The position numbers were made by a program, and so were the translations under genes. A model generated the notes under the pieces. It did no database searches. It was not told the origin of the DNA and saw only the letters and a list, made by a program, of their open reading frames with translations. Below, piece by piece: positions 51,824-64,000 of a DNA stretch of 64,000 bases (the first letter of the stretch is position 1; every line of letters starts with the position of its first letter). The DNA is from Albugo candida (taxonomy: Eukaryota): positions 1-64,000 of the forward strand of contig JBDOQK010000032.1 in assembly GCA_040437565.1 (NCBI GenBank). Reading direction: 5' to 3'.

Positions 51824-53856
51824 ATGGCGAAGAAGTTGCCGTGGCTGAAGGTCGTCAGCAACGGAGGGCAGATGCCGGTCGCAAAAGTGCGGCGCCCTGG
51901 AGGAGGAAGAAGTGGTCAAGTAAGAACGGAGGGACACGCAGAGCAAGCTGCCGGACCTCCTCACGGAGCGCATGGAGCGCATGGAGGCGTCGCAAGGGCG
52001 ACTGGAGGATAAAGAGCGTTTGAAGTGCCACGAGGCTAGTGTTTCCAGTTTAGTGTTGGGGCAAGGCAAGAACATGACCAGAGAGAGGCGTTAAACGTGT
52101 GGCCACCGAGACGTGTGCCGCCCGGCGTATCGCCATCAACGTACATTGGTGCAAGACAGCCTGGATACGTACACAACGTTGAGATGGCGCAAGTGCCGCA
52201 GCCAGTTCTGCTGCAGCATTACGTGTCACCACACATGGCAACAGGACTCGAATAAGACCGCGTGCCGGATACGCGACAGAGGAAGCTGGTCATCCGACCT
52301 TTTTATGAAAACGAATTTAATTAAGGACTCGTAAGTGGTTTCCTATCGTGGGGCAAGATATTTATAAGGCAGATCATGTTCACGGAGCAAGTGGTTTCCA
52401 GTAGAGTGAAGAAGTCAAGATGGATGTACTAGGGCACCACTTGACCGGGATGGCAGAGCGATATTTCGTTGAGCAGGTCGAGGGGTGGTGCGAAGAGAAA
52501 CTGACACTAGAGCATGCGATTCAGCGTCTACTCCATACATCTGCAACAAAGATCACTCCCGCACAAAGTATAAATCTTTTCACAACTCCCAAGAGCTCCA
52601 AGCGAAGCTGGATGGAGCATTACCTGTACTTGGTGGCGGTGAGTAAAGCTTGTGGTGGTGGCGACAACCTAGTTCAAGACAACACTATGCATTAGACTGA
52701 CCCTAGTATGAGGGTGTCGATCTTGTCGGGGTAAAATCTCACGCGCATAGACTATTTGCGGCAGCCGAAAGAGCTTGCGCACTTTGCGCAGCCGGCTGAG
52801 AGAAAACTGCGTGGGAACAATATTGGAAAGGACGTGGTTAACTCCGTCGACAATGGGCGACGATCTTATCACAAGAACCGAACAGACAATCGCAAGGACC
52901 GTCAAGATGTGCGTACCTGCTACAAATGTGGAAAGCCAGGACATTTGAAGATAGCGTGCCCCGAGGGCAGCGCTGAGCTAAGAGCGACGGATGATGTTGA
53001 CTTCGTCCTGACCATAGGCGGATCAAATGTCAAGGAATAATAGCGGATCGAGTCGACACCTGGTAAATGACGCTTCAATTCTGGAAGAACCTGAGAAGTA
53101 CTTCAATGAGTGCGTTGCTGCGGATGGTGGTCACCTGCACATAACGATGGGCGGAAGTGTGATCATTACAACGACAGTAATCGGGAAAAGAAACAAGGTG
53201 CGCTTGACGGATATATACTTCGCGGAAAACCTGGAGAGGAACATTAATTCGTATGGTTGTTTGAGGGTAAAGGGTCTGGAATATCATACCGGGCCAGTAC
53301 CGTGTGGTAGCCGCATTGAACGAAGGACCGGCTGTTTTCGACGTGGGAATACGCAATAACGTGTTGGTTGTGCGCGCAAAAAAATGCGAAAAAGAGACGA
53401 CGGGACAAGACTTGCTGATGTCAGTACTTGCGCAACACGAGGAGGACGTCGTTCAGGATGTGCAGAAAGGGTAGCTAGTTCACTTTCATGAACAGCTTGC
53501 GCTTCTTGGAGACGACACTATCATCAAGATGGCCAGGTACCCTGCATCAGGAATACAGCTCACGGATGAGCTGAGCGCTAACTGCTTGGCTTGCGTCAAG
53601 GCAAACAAACCAATAACGCTCAGTCGCAAAAGGACACTGGAAGAAACGCAACGATCGATGTAGTTGGAGGAGTGAGGAGTCATATGCTCCGACTTGAAGG
53701 GACCTATGACCCCGCGGGGCAGGTTAGGCAACCGTTACATGGTCAATTTTATCGAACATCGGACAAAGTACTGTCGCGTTTTCTAGGCAAATTTCAAGGA
53801 TGCTGCAGCTGAGAAGTTCAAGCACTTTATGGCTCTCTTTGAGCGACAATTCAAGT

Positions 53857-53956
53857 ATTTCAAGAAACGTTTTTTGTATTATATATGTTATTCAAGATAG
53901 CCTAGGCAACTAGAGAATTCAATTAGTCTAATTCTAGTAATATAGACACCCACAAC
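53857..53956 (+). mobile_element. 100-bp LINE 3'-end insertion in the Copia 4 integrase
   Basis: Flanked by a perfect 17-bp TSD TGAGCGACAATTCAAGT (53840-53856 and 53957-53973). The core matches the LINE 3' termini at 29.4, 39.7 and 47.5 kb. Confidence 0.9.
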
Positions 53957-56900
53957 TGAGCGACAATTCAAGTGTCGGATTCACGTTTTGAGTACGGACG
54001 GTGGCGGAGAATACAGAACATTGGAGCTTTTCTGCAAGGACACTGGTATTGCGCGACAGATGTTCGAGTCACGTAATCAAGTAAGTAACAAAAAAGCAGC
54101 ACGGATGCACCGCACCATCATGAACATGGTGCCGAGCATGCTATTCGCATGCGGTGTATATTCTTAATTGGAGTCCAAACAAGGCGAATGCGGGAAGGCA
54201 ATTACGGTTGCAAATGCTCATTAAGGGCATCCCAAACTTAAGCGACATAGTGTCTTTTGGCTCATCGTGCACGGCGGAGTACGATGAATCAATTGGCGAT
54301 AATGGAGGTTATCCGTCGATATAAATCCCAATACCGGTTCCAGGAGGGAAACGCAAGGGACGAGGACAAAGGAAACCCTGGACGCGATGCGCAAATGACC
54401 AGGGCAGCGGCGCAAAAGGCATGTGAAAACGTTGAAGAAATTGAAAAGCCTGGGTGGAGTTATAAGTAGCGTGCGGGAGGCGGACCTGAAGAATTTTGGG
54501 CAAGCCGTGAAAAGTGAGCAGAGGGAAAGGTGGCTAATTGCAATGTCGGAAGTGCTGCAAGCGCTCGAAGACAACGGAGTTTGGTTGGTCGTATAGCCAC
54601 CCAACAATATCCACGTGCTGCACACAAAATGGGTCTATAAGAATAAAGCGGAAGGTGATGGAGCTATCGAACGGTTCAAGGCGAGATTGGTTGCCTGGGT
54701 TAATAGGTATATAGCGTTGATTATGGTCTTACGTTTTCTGCTGTTATGGAGTTGAGCACCGTGAAGGTTATTTTAGTGCTTGCGTTGCGTTTAGAGTACC
54801 TGCGAGACACGGGGACATTCCCAATGTGTACGTGAAGGCTGATAAAGAAGAGCATTTGGATATATACTTGGCGATTCCGCAGGGGGTGAANNNNNNNNNN
54901 NNNNNNNNNNNNNNNNNNNNNNNNNNNNNNNNNNNNNNNNNNNNNNNNNNNNNNNNNNNNNNNNNNNNNNNNNNNNNNNNNNNNNNNNNNCTCAAGATGA
55001 TTGTTCGAAGAAACGAAGGAAACAAGGTCGTTTGGCGAGCTGGAATGACTCGAACAATGCGGCTGATATGGCGGACCGTAAGTCTATTATAGGCGTAGTA
55101 GCACGGTGCCATTGTGCAGTGGTTGTGCAAAAAGCAAACCGGGGTGTCGTTTTCGGCAATGGATGCCGAGTTTGCGTCGGCCTTGCACATGGGCAAGAAT
55201 TTCTAGGTCGGGAGAGTTGATGCGCGAGATTGGGTTTCAAGTGGAGGCCCCGATGCCAATGCTCATGGAAGACCAGGCTGCTATCAGACAGCTGGAGACT
55301 GAAGGAAGTATGTCGAGTGTCAAGCACGTGATATGCGCATGAAGTTTATACGTGATTATGCGAGGAAGGACATCGTGAAACCGAAGTTTGTGCAATCGCG
55401 CCTTATGGAGGCATACTTACTGGCAAAAGTGTTGTCGGTGCAACGGATTGCAGAACTACGATAGTTATTTAATTTGCTGTAGACATAGAGTGTGGGCGAG
55501 CGTGCGACGACCGAGGAGAAGAGTATTGGAAGAAATTCAAGATGGTGATAGTGTGTAGAAGTTCGGCCGACCATTCTCAGCGGGTAGGTGCAGCCACGAC
55601 CTATTTATAAAATGGTTGGATTGTAGAGGGAGGGTAAGAAAAACTGTTTGTAGGACGTTCAAAACATCTTCTACTTCTCACAGCATCCTCTTGACAACTC
55701 AAGTCTAGCAGTGCAATGGATTGGATTGGATGCACGAGAATTACCTGGGAACTAGCGCGTTCTGATGGAGGATGTTCCTACCTTATTGAGGCAGTGGCTA
55801 ACTGCCGAAGCTAAAGCGACCGAGATGCGAAATTTATCGTCATTGAAATAAGAATGAGAGGGATTTATGAAATAGGTACCGTTTACGTATCTAGTTAGGA
55901 ACCGGTTACGCTTTTAACGGATCGAGTGAGGAACTCGACTGATATCTTTCTAGATATAGGTGCAAGAATCTTACTAGATTTTTTCAAGGAAATAACTAAA
56001 AAGAAAAAGATACGCATTTTACGTCGGAATAGGAATAGATTAAGCAATCAACGAAGCTATCGTCTGGATTGCTTTGTGGAAGATTTGTTAAGGACAAATC
56101 AACGACGAAGACAGAACATTGGCCCAGACATATTGAACTGATGTTCTTTTATCCAGTGCACACCAGATAGTACACTTACATAAGCGAATCTTGTAATTTC
56201 ATTGATTACTTGATCATAAAAATCTGTCATTCAATTTGAGCTATTTTCGGAGCTTTCTTGGTGCTCAACATACTGTGTGGTCCTACTATGGACTTGTTGC
56301 ACATCGACTGTTGAAAAGTGCAACCACAGTTTTAATGCTGAATCATTTCCTTCTAACCTGGAAGTGTATATGTTTCCCGGATGGAGGTGAAACGAAGTCC
56401 AGGATTCAACAAATAGTTCTTTGAAAGATTCCATGTTGTCTAGATATAGCTGATGATTGCTGAATAGTGTGCATATTTTTGCTCAAACTCTTTCGAATTT
56501 GCCTCTAAATTTTCAATGCTGGCGCTTCTGATTAATCAATTCCAATCTCCCTTAAACTCTGTCCATTCCTCTTCAGAAAGTTCTGTTTGCAGTGGGAGAG
56601 AACATTTTTATTGTTGGGCCAAAGACTGAGGATATTTATTGTATCGGGATTACCGTCCTGATTGCTGCCATGAGTGCAAGCTCCCTAAATTAGTGATTCA
56701 TTGGTAAAAATTAGTGATCTAATTTTATCAAATGCTCAAATGTAATCTGCTTCCCTCTCCTCGTATAGAAATACGAGGGAGGATGAGAAAAAGGTGTTGA
56801 GTGATATCATCCAGTACATGAAATAGGGGCTTATGAATCTATTTCTTTTATAAATACAGTTCAACAAAAAGATATAGCGATAATTTTGGGTGACTTGAAG

Positions 56901-58888
56901 GATATGGCATTAGGCAAAAAAAAATTTGTAATTTGGGTGTCATCACAGCAATATTCAGATGGTAATCAAAACCTCGGTTCCCATCCAGTGAAGAAGCCAC
57001 TGTGTGCGTCCATGCATGTACATTACGGTGGTTTACCAGAATGCTTCGGTTTTGCTGAATTGCAGATAATGCTGGTGCCGTTCTGGTGCCTAAAGAAACT
57101 TGCTGCGCAGGAGAATAGATGTGAGTAGGAAATATTATATACTGTCATAATCCACTGAACACCAAAAGCTTTAGCTAATTTTACTTAGATTCTACAGGGA
57201 CAGTTGCGAAGACGTGTATATGGCGTTCAGTCATTCGTTGTCCTTCTGTCCTGGTCTACAGGATCTCTCTCGTATTTCAGCTAGATCTCGGATCCAGTTG
57301 AGCGCTTTTTGATAGCAGAATATCCGTGAAACTAAGCGTGGGATTGAAGTTCTTGAATGATCTTATCAGATTTTGAAATGCTGGCGTACAGGAGGAGTTA
57401 GCATGTTGAAAAAAGGAACAGATGAATAGTGAAAAGGGTATGTATACAGGTATAGAGGAAGACTAGTAGAACTTACAAGATGAGAAAGCTGTTCCAAAGT
57501 TTCATACACAGGAAAAAGAGACGCAAAAATTTGAAATAGGGGGAGGGTTAATAGGGGTATATGTTTTGGCTTCTTCCTTCAATTTGCAAGTGAATGTAAT
57601 AGCCGTTATAGCGATGGTGCAGCATTTTTGCGAGGACGATCCATCTACCCCCACATTCGATACATGAGTGATCTAAAGAGTTTATTCACTTGTCGTGGTG
57701 AAGAAGCATATGCTACATTTCTCGATTTTGAGAAAACGTACGATCGAATGGACTGGTCGTACATNNNNNNNNNNNNNNNNNNNNNNNNNNNNNNNNNNNN
57801 NNNNNNNNNNNNNNNNNNNNNNNNNNNNNNNNNNNNNNNNNNNNNNNNNNNNNNNNNNNNNNNNGAGATGGCACGATGTAATTTGCCCGATTTTGGACCA
57901 TATCGATCACTCGATATTCTCACGATAGTACCACATTGGCATGGTGGAAGCAGACATGTGTTTGGTGTCAATTAAGTCATTGAGATCTTACCGGCAAAGA
58001 TCTATCACAGCAAGAGCGAATCATCAAGATGTTGGATGCTCTCATATGGTTTCATATCGACCCTCATCTCCAGTTTGAGAAGGACAGGGGTCAACAAGTG
58101 TATCTGCTCATCGGCGATGTTTGGGAATGGTGCTCGAACCAGCGCGCATATTTCGGATGCGACTCGCTCAAGCGTTTCAACTACGGTTTTTCGTGAGTTG
58201 TTTGGTGGACGACCGTATTGTTTTGACTCTGCTCTCGAATCCATTTTTGCGTTTTAGTACAAGTAAGGTTGGAAAGCCGTCCAACCAGTCTCAATCGAAG
58301 TGTTTATGCCGGTTGTTCGTCGAGGCAACGCAAATTCTGCGAGGAGATCAGCCTGTTGGAACATGCATATTCATTTCAATTTGGCACTCAACTCTTGGAC
58401 AAGCCGGTATTCTTTACGATGATCCTCGGAATCAACTTGATCGAGTCGTTGTGAAGGCATTCCCACCGTATAAACCGCACCCTAAGTTGCTTTCCGTATC
58501 AGAACGTGATCGAAGCGGAAAAGAGGGACGTCAACATGGGTGAAAGAATTTACCAGTCATTCAAACGTCTTTGCAGACCTTTTCTACCAATCTATTCGGA
58601 TATCCAGTTCCGACTATACCTCTGTATTTAACCAGTTTGAGCACGGATTTGGTTTTTTACAACAATCACACCAAGAAACCATCCTGTGCACTCAGAAGCA
58701 TTGTGCTGATGTCGAGAGTTACCAGCATTTGTTTTTCGATTGCAATAGGACAAGTCCAACTTGGGAAGGGTTTCCTTCTTGGACAATCTTCTTTTCTGTC
58801 AGACCGCGATGGTCACATATCGCGTGTGCACGCATTCCTGCAATTCGTGATGCGTGGAAAGCTTTTCGAGTGGTGCCGGAGGATCTTT

Positions 58889-61800
58889 TGTTGGATAAGC
58901 GTGACTGCTGATGTGGAAGGGAGCGTCTATTAAGTTGAAAAGACATGACGAAAGATGGACAGACGCGACTATTAAAATAGCAGGAATGCTGTGTATGACC
59001 TATGAGTGATTTGTGTAACGGGTACAAAAGCAACTAGGGCATGAGATCAAATTCATTTAGTTTTTCAATCATCTATCTAACGGTCAGGCAAATCAACAGG
59101 TTATGAGCCCAATAGCGAACGACTCGAATCCTCAGCAACACGACGGGCACACAAAGTCGCCGAGACGAAAGTACACACTCTGGACGCAACAGCTGACCCG
59201 TATGAGCTGCATGTGGAGACGCAACGGTAGGTCTCGGGCGCGTACGAGATCCAAGATAGCGCGAGTCTGAGGGAATGGATCAGCTTGAGGGACTCCTCGC
59301 AAGGATTGTGTGGCAGCAAGCTCAGTTCGTCAGCTGAAAATGCAAGACAAACTGAGTCACCGGGCTGAACCTGCGCCCACTCCACCCTCCGAGAACTCAT
59401 TCAACGGTTCAAGCGCGTTCACCGACTTTATCAGAGAGCACAATCGTCCACTGAGGAGGGGTTCACTCGATGAGCTGACGCAACAAGTGGAGAAGAAATC
59501 AGCCACCGCACCCTTCACAGCATTTCATGCCACCAAAATATCATGGGTTGAAGATATCAAAGCCTCGGGACCTGGATTGGTCAGTCTTTGCCAAGTTCAC
59601 GGGTAAAGAGACTTATCCGGGTGTGTGCGCTGACTTCAAGGCGTGGGGACTGCGTTTCCTACAGCGACTTCCTACAGCGACTCGGCGCAGCCCAGCTGAT
59701 TAGCGAAGGTGATTGGCTAGAAGAGTTTAAAGTCCTTGCGCCCAGTGGTAAGCTGGATGGTTCGGCATTCAGCTACTACGCAAAAATGCTACCGGTATGG
59801 ACAGCAGTGTCGAACACACTTGAGAACGTCATGAACAGCATGCTGATTCTGTACATGACTCCCATTACAAGCACGAAAGTCGCTGAACTGATGACAAGCG
59901 AAAAGGATCACAGCAAAAGATGGCCAGAGCACTACCAATACCTAACTATTACGTGGCAGAGCGTTTGGGTAAATCGGAGCAGATTGTGCTGGAATGCCTA
60001 TGCAAGTCGGCGCCAGCACATATCAAGACTACAATGTTAACCCACATGAACGCTCACCGACCAGATTACCGTGTGCAAGCTGCCGAGCTTGTTGCATTTG
60101 CTATCGACTTTAACATCAGCATGAGCAAGCCAAAAGGCGGAGCGGGAACTGGCCGATATGCCGCACAGATAGGAAATGCCAAGTCACGCACATGCTATGG
60201 TTGCAGAAAGACTGAGAGTATTGAAGCCAAGTGTTCCAAGCGAAAAAAGAGTCGAAACTCGCCGTCAAGTCGAGTCGCGCTGGCGACAGAGATGATGACT
60301 CCGACTCGTGGATTCTGACTAGTGGGTCAAGCGTGCATCTAGTCAAAGATGCGAAGGTGCTGAAGAATGTGATGGATTGTGACCAATTCTGTCGCGCGGC
60401 GAAGAACACGATGGTCAAGGTGATAAAGGTGGATTCAGTTGAGCTGAAGACAGCTGTGAAAGAGAATATAGGTGACCTAACCGAGGTTTACTACCCCGAA
60501 AACCTTTCTAATAACGTCATCAGCTACGGAATATTAGAGGGGCGTGGTGTATTTCTCGAGCTAGATGGCGAACGAAGCTACATGGTGCGCCAAGCGGACA
60601 GTATAAAGTTTTTTGAAGTCTCTCGCCGCAACAACGTCCTAGCAGTTGGCGTCATGAGCAAGATAACGAAGGAGGCGCGCGTTCAAGTAGCCAACTCAGC
60701 CATGGTACATGGCTACGATGGAATCAATAAAACTTTTACGGATACGACACTACTAGAGTTGGATCAGCGGCTCGGTCACCTTGCCTATGGCGCTGTCGAA
60801 CGCATGGCCGACTCAGCGGGCTCAGCTATACGGCTAACGGACCGAGCTTGTCCAAAACTGTCTGTCTTGCGCGAAGGGCAAGCAGAGCAAGAATAACCAG
60901 TCTAAAAAGGATACGGGCAAGAATGCGCTGATCGACAAGCTTGGTGGCGTCATCGGCAGCGACATTAAAGGACCGATGACTCCGTGAGACCGACGTGATG
61001 ATCGGTACGTAATCCACTTCGCTAACTACTCAACGAACTACGTCGCGTTTTCGTTACCATGAACAAGGTTGAAACGACAAATGTATTTAAACATTTTCTG
61101 CTTTACTTCGAAAAGAGATACAATTGGCAGGTCCATGTGCTTCGCACAGACGGTGTAAAGGATTACGTCAACGTCGACCCGTTTTGCAGTCGGCTGGTGT
61201 CAGACCTCAATTCAGCGAAGCTGAGAACCAGGCGTCAAATGGAGAAGCTGTGCGGATGCACAGGACGATGCACAACATGGCCAGGTGCATGCTCTTTGCA
61301 AGTCGGCTGCCACTATTGTTTTGTGGCGACGCTGTTGAGTACGCGGTTTCTGTGTTAAATCGAAGCTCGTAACAGCGCCAATAAGGATCGTCTGTCACTG
61401 CTGGAGATGTTGACAGGTACGGCTCTGAACCTGACCGATATGGTGATCTTCGGCAGCCTGTGTTCAACATTCAGAGAACCCGGAAAGAAAACATGTAAAC
61501 CGAGATCTCAAGTTGGCATGATCATTGGCAAGAGCGATGAAACCAAGGGTTTGAGGGTGTACCTGCCGAAAGAAAGAATCGTCATTACAACGCAATACAT
61601 ACGTAACGTTGAGACACTTAATAGCGAGCAGAACGTGCAGCTACAAGTGCAGCCTGAGCGCGAATATCCCATGCTGCGGCATGCACCATTGGAATCCGAA
61701 AATGCCGCGAAGCTGAAGCAGCCAGCGGCGGTAATACCACCACAAGAGCTAAAAAACGAATAAAACGACGCCAACAGGCAAGAGGAACTTCGGTAAATCG

Positions 61801-63760
61801 AAGAGGGGCGCTTTAAGGAAGATAAGAATACGGCTGTGAGCAAGAATCTCGCCATGCTAGCAGAATCTGACAGCGAAGATGAGCTGTTGCCCGAAGAAGA
61901 GCAGACGCAGAATCGGATGCAAACTCGCAACATGGGTGCCAAGCATGTACCGGTGCATCGATTAAATGCAATAATGCTTAAAGATCCCAAGAACTACCGC
62001 GAGGTGATGGAGGACCCGCCAGTAGAGCATTGGGAGGAGCCATGCGTACAGAGATTGATGCATTGGAGCACAACGATATTTGGGACGTCATCCAAAAACC
62101 GCGCGACGCCAAGTTACTGCATAGCAAATGGGTGTTCAAGCTAAACATGCACGCTAATGGTACGATCGATCGATAGAAGGCGAGGCTGGTGGCGCGCGGA
62201 GATGAGCGAGTATATGGCGTTGATTATGCCTATACTTTTTCGGCAGTGATGGATATAATATCCAGCAAAGTGATGCTGGCAATTTCACGGATCTAGAGGG
62301 TACCTGCACGACACGGTGATGTGCCGAGCGCTTACATAAAGCAGAAAAAGAAAATGATTTGGAGATACTACTTCACATACCTCAGGGAATGGTAGTCGGC
62401 TCGATGTTGATGAATAATCTCGACTCCCGATACAAGACACAACTCGCGCTAAGACTTGAAAAAGATTCTATACGGCCTCAAACAATCTGGTCGGCTGTGG
62501 AAGTTGATGCTACATGACATTTTGATGTCTTTGAGTTTCAGTCAGTGCTACACAGACATTTGGCTATACATCAAGACTAATACCAATGGTAAGACACTCG
62601 TGGGAATCTACGTGGACGACGTGCTGGCGACGGGGATCAGTGTCAAGAAGGTTGATGAATTTCTTACCTAAATGCAAATTTTTGAACTGAAGAATCTCGG
62701 CATAGTTACCAAGTTCCTTGGTATAGTATTCGATTACGATGAGCAGACCGGGTGGGCACCTGACCAAGAAAATACTATCGAAGAGATGCTCGACAAGATC
62801 GCGCTAGCCGAATCGGTGCCGGTCAGGGCTCCTATCGGTGGAGAAGACGGCGACGAAGAAACTGCGTTGCTACCATCTGGTGGGAACGGATCAGCAAAGA
62901 GACCAACAGTGCAGACATTCCAGTCTCTGTTGGGCATTCTGCCGTGGATCTCCCGGTGCACACGACCGGACATACAGTTGCGGTACATCGAGTGACTCGA
63001 CGTTCGCATGCACCAAGTGAGAGTGATTGTACGAAGGCGCTGAAGTTCATGATGAACGGAAACAAGACCAATATGAAAGACGAAGGCGGTCCTGTCGAGG
63101 CGTACAGCGACGCCGATTACGCCGCAAGTAAGACGGACCGCAGGTCGGTCAGGGGTGGTGTGTTGATGGTGGGCGGCATGGTCGTGGGATGGCTGTGCAA
63201 GAAGCAGGAGTGCGTCGCCCTATCAACAATGGAAGCCGACTTTGTGGCGGCCTTACCCACAGCGGCTGAGATGATGGGCATCATGGAACTGCTAAAGGAA
63301 ATCGTAGTGCCGATTATGCCAGGCTCCATTTTACATGTCGACAATCAAGCAGCAATCGCTCAGGTCAAGGGCGAGGACACGTTAGGTCGAGCGAAGCACA
63401 TCGACGTGTGCGATACAGCTTAGGATTTGGAGAATAAGAAGATACTCAAGGTGCAATACTGCGAATCCAAGAGTTTACCAAGAACCTCCCGTCGCCACGA
63501 CTCAGCCAGCTTCGTGGACTTGTGATGCTCACAGGGTAAGTACGACCACACGGGAAGGAGTGTTGAAGGAGCGTGACTGCTGATTTGGAAGGGCGCGTCT
63601 AATGAGGTGAAAAGACATGACGGAAGATGGACAGACGCGACCATTGAATGCTTTGTATGACCTGTGAGTGATTTGTGTTACGGGTACAAAGGCAACTAGG
63701 GCATAAGAACAAATACATTTAGTTTTTCAATTATCCATCTAACGCTCAGGCAGATCAACA
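58889..63760 (+). mobile_element. Full-length decayed Ty1/Copia retrotransposon 5
   Basis: TG...CA LTRs at 58889-59098 and 63561-63760. Perfect TSD TCTTT, PBS at 59099-59112 and PPT at 63552-63560. WILTSGSSVH, QRLGHL, YGLKQSGRLW, YVDDVL and AYSDADYA. Confidence 0.95.
59099..59112 (+). promoter_or_regulatory. Half-tRNA-iMet primer-binding site
   Basis: GGTTATGAGCCCAA lies directly after the LTR end CA. Confidence 0.85.
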
Positions 63761-64000
63761 TCTTTGGTTTACAATTAGTCGCGGTTGCGATTCATTTTAC
63801 TTGAACGGATCGCATTCGCAGAAATTTCGCCCAAGGCACTTCGACACCAACTGCCCCTGCTGTTTTGGTGATTTATAGCGCACTGAGTACCCATATCCGG
63901 TACTCTCAAAGGCAGTGCTACACAAGTACTAAAGTCTTGTCGACATACGGGTTCAGCAAAGAGATATTTCTCCACTCGGCCCAGCCTGCTTCAAGTTTTT

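Larger units (their letters stand above)
51624..55710 (+). mobile_element. Full-length decayed Ty1/Copia retrotransposon 4
   Basis: LTRs at 51624-51809 and 55524-55710. Perfect TSD GTGCA, PBS at 51810-51823 and PPT at 55513-55523. CYKCGKPGHLKIAC, CSDLKGP and HGDIPNVY. Confidence 0.95.
48270..56118 (+). mobile_element. Decayed Ty3/Gypsy chromodomain retrotransposon with both LTRs
   Basis: Direct repeats at 48270-48537 and 55864-56118 with flanks TTGTC/TTGGC. Gag knuckle remnant, protease LLDSEPD, integrase remnant ETVKVMNR...WPVLLP...PSRRLG (50.9-51.1 kb), and chromodomain EVLVQWIGLD...TWE...LMEDVP split by Copia 4. Confidence 0.82.
47600..57560 (-). mobile_element. Decayed MULE split by the Gypsy insertion
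   Basis: The right part has KELFVESWT..HPGNIYTSRLEG and PLFHV. The left part has GLPLPHKL (SWIM remnant at the junction) and RKCRRCGQIGHN. Boundaries are approximate. Confidence 0.75.
1724..57864. other. Twelve 100-N scaffold gaps
   Basis: Gaps start at 1724, 6764, 27882, 30818, 33732, 37157, 39752, 44452, 47341, 50742, 54891 and 57765. Each is exactly 100 N, so this is a placeholder size. Confidence 0.97.
57620..64000 (+). mobile_element. L1-like LINE ORF2 remnant (more diverged family) split by Copia 5
   Basis: RT FLDFEKTYDRMDWSY and zinc region HC..VESYQHLFFDC. It resumes after 63765 with VAVAIHFT.TDR, which resembles QAVTLPFVWTNR. Confidence 0.82.

Noticed and set aside
53857-53957. Helitron 3' end (CTAG-containing hairpin)
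   Set aside because: The 17-bp TSD and consistent linkage to LINE bodies contradict Helitron insertion, which makes no TSD.
56759-56778. 8-bp hairpin CCTCGTAT-AGAA-ATACGAGG
   Set aside because: It is short, single and inside a decayed MULE, which is compatible with chance.

Overview
Eukaryotic, repeat-saturated scaffold with twelve 100-N gaps, several of which have duplicated flanks. The TE families and a Cys-patterned secreted protein family point to an oomycete, probably Albugo-like (inference). Most of the window is decayed, nested TEs. These include five Ty1/Copia elements, three of which have both LTRs and TSDs and four of which have a half-tRNA-iMet PBS. There is also one chromodomain Gypsy, one hAT with a perfect 8-bp TSD, several MULEs, three copies of an IS630/Tc1-related transposon with a long D-E spacer, several L1-like LINE copies and a tRNA-derived SINE candidate. 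The non-TE core (about 32-46 kb) is a cluster of paralogous genes for secreted proteins built from repeated CxxC...C-x(1-5)-C modules, resembling Albugo CHxC/CCG effectors. One copy is intact once a gap-flank duplication is collapsed (644 aa, 37642->35365). At least three other copies are decayed, one of them disrupted by a LINE with a TSD. No prokaryotic systems, CRISPR arrays or rRNA were seen.
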